DNA of 12,511 nt from a virus (taxonomy: Duplodnaviria > Heunggongvirae > Uroviricota > Caudoviricetes). Below the pieces are notes generated by a model. It worked only from the letters and a program-made list of their open reading frames with translations, was not told where the DNA came from and made no database searches. The stretch is from the IMG/VR virus record IMGVR_UViG_2693429508_000013. The stretch is one strand, 5' to 3'. Below are positions 8,114-12,511 of the stretch, in pieces; within the stretch, counting starts at the first letter, position 1; each line of letters starts with the position of its first letter. The translations under genes were made by a program, and so were the position numbers.

Positions 8114-8308
8114 ATGAGTACAGTCCTTTCCCCAATGGTTTCAGAATTTGAGACAGTTGAGCAAGAAAATAGTTACAACGAATGGCTGCGGGCCAAAGTA
8201 GCAGCAAGCCTCGCGGATCCCCGCCCGGCGATTCCGCATGATGAGGTAATGGCGGAAATGGAACAAATTATTGCCCAAATTGCTGCTGCAACTCACAGAG
8301 GTGAATAA
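8114..8308 (+). CDS. paaA: PaaA2-like antitoxin, partner of ParE
   Basis: 64 aa, MSTVLSPMVSEFETVEQENSYNEWLRAKVAASLADPRPAIPHDEV...; SD GAGGAG 9 nt upstream. Stop overlaps the parE start (TAATG). Confidence 0.7.
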   Translation: MSTVLSPMVSEFETVEQENSYNEWLRAKVAASLADPRPAIPHDEVMAEMEQIIAQIAAATHRGE

Positions 8309-8598
8309 TGTTACCCGTTTTATGGCTACCATCTGCTCGTGATGATTTGCGCCAGATCGTAGCCTACATAGCTAAAGAAAATCCCGCGGCAGCACGCAGA
8401 ATGAAAATTCGAATTGAAACATCCGTTTTGCCGCTCACAGAGCATCCTTACCTGTATCCTCCAAGCGAGCGAGTTCTTGGTCTTCGTGAAATTGTAACTC
8501 ATCCTAACTACATCATCCTTTACCGAGTAACAGCATCAAGCATAGAAGTAGTAAATATTGTGCATTCTCGAAGACAGTATCCAGGCAAAAACAGTTAA
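8308..8598 (+). CDS. parE: ParE/RelE-family toxin
   Basis: 96 aa, MLPVLWLPSARDDLRQIVAYIAKENPAAARRMKIRIETSV... HPNYIILYRV...; typical ParE length and conserved segments. Translationally coupled to the antitoxin. Confidence 0.85.
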   Translation: MLPVLWLPSARDDLRQIVAYIAKENPAAARRMKIRIETSVLPLTEHPYLYPPSERVLGLREIVTHPNYIILYRVTASSIEVVNIVHSRRQYPGKNS

Positions 8599-8614
8599 TT
8601 ATTCCCGCCGACAG

Positions 8615-8637
8615 AACCACCTTAGGGTGGTTTTTTC
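8615..8637 (+). terminator. Rho-independent terminator after parE
   Basis: Stem AACCACC / GGTGGTT with loop TTAG (8615-8632), followed by a T-run (to 8636). Confidence 0.6.
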
Positions 8638-8652
8638 TTGCCCCAACAAAAA

Positions 8653-8694
8653 CAATAGCGATGCTATTTACATCAAAAAATAATGATGCTATTG
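8653..8694. promoter_or_regulatory. OL-like operator pair upstream of the rightward dicB-type operon
   Basis: Two 17-bp sites separated by 8 bp: CAATAG-CGATG-CTATTT (8653-8669) and AAATAA-TGATG-CTATTG (8678-8694). Same half-site consensus and spacing as the 7518-7559 pair. Embedded in a larger inverted symmetry AACAATAGC ... GCTATTGTT (8651-8696). Confidence 0.55.
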
Positions 8695-8875
8695 TTTCAG
8701 GCGTCAACCCACCCCGCCCCACAGAATGCAGGGCAATACTTCGAGTTACCAGACAGTGGTCAGGGGTTAAGTAGCCAGCCCGAGGCGTAAGAACATGACG
8801 GCAGGGTTCAATCTTTAACTATGCAGCAGGTTTTTTGTTCCGCCACCCCGGCGTTAAGGGGAAATGAGGTCAGCA

Positions 8876-9027
8876 TGGATACTATCGATCTTGGCAACAA
8901 CGAATCTCTGGTGTGCGGCGTGTTCCCTAACCAGGATGGAACGTTTACCGCCATGACGTATACCAAAAGCAAAACGTTTAAAACCGAATCTGGCGCGCGT
9001 TGCTGGTTAGCCAGAAACACTGACTGA
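8876..9027 (+). CDS. Small hypothetical protein (YdfA-like by position and size)
   Basis: ATG at 8876 with SD GAGG 6 nt upstream. 50 aa, MDTIDLGNNESLVCGVFPNQDGTFTAMTYTKSKTFK.... First gene after the OL-like operators. A longer start at 8821 lacks an SD. Confidence 0.5.
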
Positions 9028-9038
9028 TGAGGCTGACG

Positions 9039-9404
9039 ATGGAATTTAAAGATTTACCGTCTGATGTACAGAAAACAGCAGCTCATACATTGCATTCTGT
9101 GCTGCGAGAAATCGGGAAAGATATTGCAAGCGAGCCAGCAAAAGATCTGGCCCGGAAAATCAAGACCGCTTTCGTTGAGCTTTATAATGTTGGCACTGAC
9201 TCTGAAACTGTCGAGACCAAGACCGTAAGTTCACCAATATTCTCACTTGAGCCAAGCGTATTATCAGGTGAAATATGCACCGAGATTTCCAGCGAACTGC
9301 TTCCGGTAATACGAGAAGCAATTCGCCGTCGCGGTTTGGATGGAAGTTATGATCATGACGTTCTGCAAGTTCTCAGGACAATGGTGACTTCACTGGGGAT
9401 TTGA
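9039..9404 (+). CDS. Hypothetical phage protein
   Basis: ATG at 9039 (MEFKDLPSDVQKTAAHTLHSVLREIGKD...) with SD GAGG upstream. 121 aa. Confidence 0.55.
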   Translation: MEFKDLPSDVQKTAAHTLHSVLREIGKDIASEPAKDLARKIKTAFVELYNVGTDSETVETKTVSSPIFSLEPSVLSGEICTEISSELLPVIREAIRRRGLDGSYDHDVLQVLRTMVTSLGI

Positions 9405-9573
9405 TCCCTGCGTCCTCTAAGCTTTTGATATAGCGGTCCTCCAAGAAGCGGTAAATTTTGTCGAAATCATCTTTTCCCTCTGGTTTATTCAGAGGATTAC
9501 AGGACCCGTAAGTAGCGGCATACATTTCAACCGTTTTATCAAAAATATAAGAGACAAATTCTTCTTTAGTCAT
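9373..9573 (-). CDS. Small hypothetical protein
   Basis: ATG at 9573-9571 with a good SD (AAGGAAA) upstream on the minus strand. 66 aa, MTKEEFVSYIFDKTVEMYAATYGSCNPLNKPEGKDDFDKIYRFLEDRYIK.... Convergent with the 9039..9404 gene and overlapping it by 32 bp. Confidence 0.45.
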   Translation of the reverse strand: MTKEEFVSYIFDKTVEMYAATYGSCNPLNKPEGKDDFDKIYRFLEDRYIKSLEDAGIKSPVKSPLS

Positions 9574-9758
9574 ATAGATTTCCTTCTTGGTTATTCGGGA
9601 TAAGAAGGATACCACCTCGCCTGACGTGGTTAAAAGCAGGCACACAACGCGAAATGACGCGGCGGTAAGTATGGCGGAGTTATTCCTTCCCCGTTGAGGA
9701 CACCGGGTTGTCAGGTTGACCATACGCTTAAGTGACAACCACGCCACAACACTCCATG

Positions 9759-9814
9759 TTGATTGGTACCTTTGGCGGCATCAGTTTCATTGCTGGCTGA
9801 TGTCCGCCCTTTTT
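9759..9814 (+). ncRNA. dicF: DicF-like sRNA with terminator hairpin
   Basis: TTGATTGGTACCTTTGGCGGCATCAGTTTCATTGCTGGCTGATGTCCGCCCTTTTT. The core TTTGGCGG.ATCAGTTT and the GC-stem plus T-run 3' end match my recollection of E. coli DicF; the 5' dozen bases differ. Hairpin GGCGGCATCAG (9774-9784) / CTGATGTCCGCC (9797-9808), then TTTTT (9810-9814). Sits upstream of dicB as in Qin. Confidence 0.5.
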
Positions 9815-10301
9815 AAAGTGAATTTTGTGATGCGGTGAATGCGGCTCAGCGCACGCGGCACAGTTAAAAAGCGATTAGTTCCCCCGTATCGGGTGGTTAT
9901 GGGTTTCCCTGTATCCGGCGTTAATTGTTAACTGGTTAACGTCACCTGGAGGCACCAGGCACCGCATCAACAAAGTTCACTTCGGTGATGAAAGGAAAGA
10001 GAAAATGTTGAATGTAGCTATTGAAAACCAGAACGGGTGGAATTATAGTGCACCTGCACCTTATAAAACGGGTGCCGGGCGTGGAAACCCGAACGTTACT
10101 CGAGCGCATAGCCGCGCTGAAGCGGTTTTTTTATGCGTAATGCACAGCTCCATTCAAATTATGGTGGGATGTGCAGGGCAGTCGCAAGACTGGCCGGGTT
10201 CTCGAGTGACCGGTATTTCCACCCCTGTACGTCTCACCACCCTTATGGTCGTGGAAAACCTCGGTGGTGAGTTAATTAACTTATCACTCGAGGATGCCAT
10301 C

Positions 10302-10859
10302 ATGGCTACTATCCCTGCCCTTTCTCACCCTGACGTAACCATCGAAAATGGTCGCGCTGTCACTACGTCTATTGCGATCGCAGAGTTCTTTGGCAAGCGT
10401 CACGACAATGTGTTACGTGCCATCGCAAATACTGAATGCTCACCTGAATTTAACGCCCTCAATTTTGAGGACGTCACCTACACTGACGCCAAAGGCGAAA
10501 AACGCCCGATGTACCAAATCACCAAAAACGGCTTCGTTTTCCTGGTGATGGGATTCACTGGCAAAAAAGCCGCTGCATTTAAAGAAGCCTACATTGCTGA
10601 GTTCGATCGCATGGAGGCCGAACTGCGCCAGAATAACACCCCACCCACTGACAAAATAATTCCAGGCGATGGCCGCACCCTGGTTGTTCACTTCGACGAA
10701 CGCGGCAACATCAGATTCACCGAAACCGTTCCTGATGGCGCACGGGTCTGTACCATGGAGACTTTCCGGTTTTATCTGGAAGAACAGGGATGGACTCTTG
10801 TTAACCGGGGCGCAATTAAAAATATGACTGTAGAGCAATTACTCAAAATTCATTGTTGA
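10302..10859 (+). CDS. rha: Rha-family phage regulatory protein
   Basis: ATG at 10302 with SD AGGA 7 nt upstream. 185 aa, MATIPALSHPDVTIENGRAVTTSIAIAEFFGKRHDNVLRAIAN ... YQITKNGFVFLVMGFTGKKAAAFKEAYIAEFDRME, i.e. a Rha N-terminal domain signature. An in-frame upstream ATG at 10005 would add 99 non-Rha-like residues. Confidence 0.8.
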   Translation: MATIPALSHPDVTIENGRAVTTSIAIAEFFGKRHDNVLRAIANTECSPEFNALNFEDVTYTDAKGEKRPMYQITKNGFVFLVMGFTGKKAAAFKEAYIAEFDRMEAELRQNNTPPTDKIIPGDGRTLVVHFDERGNIRFTETVPDGARVCTMETFRFYLEEQGWTLVNRGAIKNMTVEQLLKIHC

Positions 10860-10869
10860 GGACGCGATA

Positions 10870-11058
10870 ATGGAAACGTTATTACCAAACGTTAATACGA
10901 CTGAAGGTTGTTTTGAAATTGGTGTCACTATCAGTAACCCTGTATTTACTGAAGATGCCATTAACAAGAGAAAACACGAACGGGAGTCATTAAATAAAAT
11001 ATGCATTGTTTCAATGCTGGCTCGTTTGCGTCTGATGCAAAAAGGATGCTGGCGATGA
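10870..11058 (+). CDS. dicB: DicB-like cell-division inhibitor (copy 1)
   Basis: 62 aa, METLLPNVNTTEGCFEIGVTISNPVFTEDAINKRKHERESLNKICIVSMLARLRLMQKGCWR; SD GAGGA 7 nt upstream. Recognised from memory as DicB (62 aa in K-12 Qin). Confidence 0.8.
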   Translation: METLLPNVNTTEGCFEIGVTISNPVFTEDAINKRKHERESLNKICIVSMLARLRLMQKGCWR

Positions 11059-11246
11059 ATACAGCATTTGCACTCGTTCTGACCGTTATTCTTAATACGG
11101 GCGAACCAGCTGAACTGGTTACCGGAGTATACAACTCCATGAAAGAATGCGTGGCTGCTGCAGCTGAACAGAAAATTCCCGGTAACTGTTATCCGGTTGA
11201 TAAAATCATTCACCAGGATAATAAAGAAGTCCCGGCAGGTCTTTAA
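11055..11246 (+). CDS. ydfD: YdfD-like small membrane/lysis protein (copy 1)
   Basis: ATG at 11055 overlaps the dicB stop (ATGA), SD AAAGGA 8 nt upstream. 63 aa, MNTAFALVLTVILNTGEPAELVTGVY..., hydrophobic N-terminus. Same size and position as YdfD of Qin. Confidence 0.7.
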   Translation: MNTAFALVLTVILNTGEPAELVTGVYNSMKECVAAAAEQKIPGNCYPVDKIIHQDNKEVPAGL

Positions 11247-11334
11247 AGCAGCCACGTAATAAATATCCGGTTTCATTTTTATATGCCAGCAATGGCAGGG
11301 ATTTGTTCACCCTTAAATCTGTAATGAGGTTAAA

Positions 11335-11604
11335 TACATTGCTGAGTTCGACCGCATGGAGGCCGAACTGCGCCAGAATAACACCCCACCTGCTGACAAG
11401 ATGATTCCGGGTGATGGTCGCACTCTGGTTGTTCACTTCGACAAATTCGGCAATGTCGAATTCACCGAAACCGTTCCTGATGGCGCACTGGTCTGTACCC
11501 TGGAGACTTTCCGGTTTTATCTGGAAAAACAGGGATGGACTCTTGTTAACCGGGGCGCAATTAAAAATATGACTGTGGAACAATTACTCAAAATTCATTG
11601 TTGA
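11335..11604 (+). pseudogene. Truncated rha copy (3' portion only) created by the tandem duplication
   Basis: Homology to rha begins mid-gene at the duplication junction. The rha frame opens just after a TAA at 11314-11316; the first ATG (11356) has no SD. Encodes only the C-terminal 82 residues (MEAELRQNNTPPADKMIPGDGRTLVVHFD...). Confidence 0.65.
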
Positions 11605-11614
11605 GGACGCAATA

Positions 11615-11803
11615 ATGGAGACGTTATTACCAAACGTTAATACGTCTGAAGGTTGTTTTGAAATTGGTGTCACTATCAGTAACCCTGTATTTACTGAAGA
11701 TGCCATTAACAAGAGAAAACACGAACGGGAGCTATTAAATAAAATATGCATTGTTTCAATGCTGGCTCGTTTACGTCTGATGCCAAAAGGATGTGCACAA
11801 TGA
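11615..11803 (+). CDS. dicB: DicB-like cell-division inhibitor (copy 2)
   Basis: 62 aa, METLLPNVNTSEGCFEIGVTISNPVFTEDAINKRKHERELLNKICIVSMLARLRLMPKGCAQ. Differs from copy 1 at 5 of 62 residues, mostly at the C-terminus. Confidence 0.8.
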   Translation: METLLPNVNTSEGCFEIGVTISNPVFTEDAINKRKHERELLNKICIVSMLARLRLMPKGCAQ

Positions 11804-11991
11804 ATACAGTATTTGCACTCGTTCTGACGGTTTTTCTTGTTTCCGGTGAACCGGTTGACATGGTTACTGGCGTATACAGCTCAATGAAAGAATGTATGAC
11901 TGCCGCAGCGAAACAGAAAATTCCCGGTGACTGTTATCCGGTCGATAAAGTTATTCACCATGATAATAACGAAATCCCGGCAGGTCTTTAA
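11800..11991 (+). CDS. ydfD: YdfD-like small membrane/lysis protein (copy 2)
   Basis: ATG at 11800 overlaps the dicB copy-2 stop (ATGA). 63 aa, MNTVFALVLTVFLVSGEPVDMVTGVY.... Differs from copy 1 at 16 of 63 residues. Confidence 0.7.
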   Translation: MNTVFALVLTVFLVSGEPVDMVTGVYSSMKECMTAAAKQKIPGDCYPVDKVIHHDNNEIPAGL

Positions 11992-12075
11992 AACAGTTCC
12001 GTAATAAATATCCGGTTTCATTCTTATATGCCAGCAATGGCAGGGGTTCGCTCAACCTTAATTAAGGAGAAAAAC

Positions 12076-12351
12076 ATGATTACCAGTTATGAAGCCACTG
12101 TTGTAACTACTGATGACATTGTTCACGAGGTTAATCTGGAAGGAAAGCGTATTGGCTACGTGATTAAGACAGAAAATAAAGAAACCCCATTCACTGTGGT
12201 TGATATCGACGGTCCATCAGGCAACGTTAAAACACTTAACGATGGTGTAAAAAAAATGTGTCTGGTGCACATAGGAAAGAATCTGCCCGCAGAAAAAAAA
12301 GCCGAATTTCTGGCAACTCTGATTGCAATGAAATTAAAAGGTGAAATCTGA
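12076..12351 (+). CDS. Hypothetical phage protein
   Basis: ATG at 12076 with strong SD AAGGAG 6 nt upstream. 91 aa, MITSYEATVVTTDDIVHEVNLEGKRIGYVIKTENKETPFTVVDIDGPSGNVK.... The longer ORF in the track starts inside the duplication and is not supported. Confidence 0.6.
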   Translation: MITSYEATVVTTDDIVHEVNLEGKRIGYVIKTENKETPFTVVDIDGPSGNVKTLNDGVKKMCLVHIGKNLPAEKKAEFLATLIAMKLKGEI

Positions 12352-12381
12352 AAAAAAGAAAGCCTGCACACTGTGCAGGCC
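12351..12381 (-). terminator. Hairpin with flanking A/T run, canonical as a minus-strand intrinsic terminator
   Basis: Stem GCCTGCACA / TGTGCAGGC (12362-12380), preceded on the plus strand by AAAAAAAGAAA. Read on the minus strand this is a hairpin followed by a U-run. In plus orientation there is no downstream T-run. Confidence 0.45.
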
Positions 12382-12511
12382 TGAGTGAAGAACCTGGGAC
12401 ATTTATTCATCACTCGCAGTAATTTTAATCTGAGTTGAGGTTAAAAAACAATGAGCACCGATAAACAAGTTTACCCACTGTATGAGGTAGCCTGAGTTTA
12501 ACGGACACTCC

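Larger units (their letters stand above)
10590..12062. repeat. Tandem direct duplication, two units of about 745 bp, each carrying rha 3' end-dicB-ydfD
   Basis: Unit 1 is about 10590-11334 and unit 2 about 11335-12062. The units align end to end with scattered substitutions, roughly nine-tenths identical by eye (not computed). The junction falls inside rha coding sequence at about 11335. Confidence 0.9.

Noticed and set aside
10005-10859. 284-aa long form of the Rha protein starting at ATG 10005
   Set aside because: The first 99 residues look non-Rha-like with odd composition, whereas ATG 10302 has its own SD and begins exactly at the Rha domain. Kept only as an alternative in the findings.
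10440-11583. Minus-strand ORFs of 132, 145 and 125 aa (10440-10838, 10839-11276, 11206-11583) inside the duplicated region
   Set aside because: All are antisense to the rha, dicB and ydfD genes, which have SDs and coupled starts. The two similar minus-strand ORFs are simply mirrored by the duplication.
10590-12062. Possible CRISPR array or IS element suggested by repeated sequence
   Set aside because: The repeat is a two-unit tandem duplication of about 745 bp with coding content, not short repeats with unique spacers, and there are no terminal inverted repeats or transposase.
12156-12413. 85-aa minus-strand ORF
   Set aside because: Antisense to the SD-led 12076-12351 gene and runs through the terminator hairpin.

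Overview
This window reads as the early/immunity region of a lambdoid (Rac/Qin-like) enterobacterial prophage. All protein and RNA family names below come from reading the translations and recalling known families; no database search was run. Left to right: (1) an AT-rich two-gene Type II restriction-modification cassette on the minus strand (gamma-class N6-adenine methyltransferase, then a putative endonuclease, coupled by an ATGA overlap); (2) three coupled minus-strand genes of unknown function; (3) a replication module (DnaC-like helicase loader plus an O-like replisome organizer whose coding sequence carries helically phased CGTGAC iterons and an AT-rich direct repeat, a likely origin); (4) a YdaS/YdaT (Cro-like/CII-like) pair; (5) a divergently transcribed immunity locus where an HTH repressor lacking an S24 peptidase domain is followed by a PaaA-like antitoxin and a ParE toxin, with pairs of 17-bp palindromic operators on both sides; (6) a rightward dicB-type operon with small genes, a DicF-like sRNA, rha, and a tandem ~745-bp duplication carrying two diverged dicB-ydfD copies and a truncated rha copy. 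No rRNA, tRNA, CRISPR array, integrase or transposase was seen. The most noteworthy items are the R-M cargo inside the prophage, the toxin-antitoxin module sitting in the repressor slot with its operator architecture, the origin-like iterons, and the duplicated dicB-ydfD unit.
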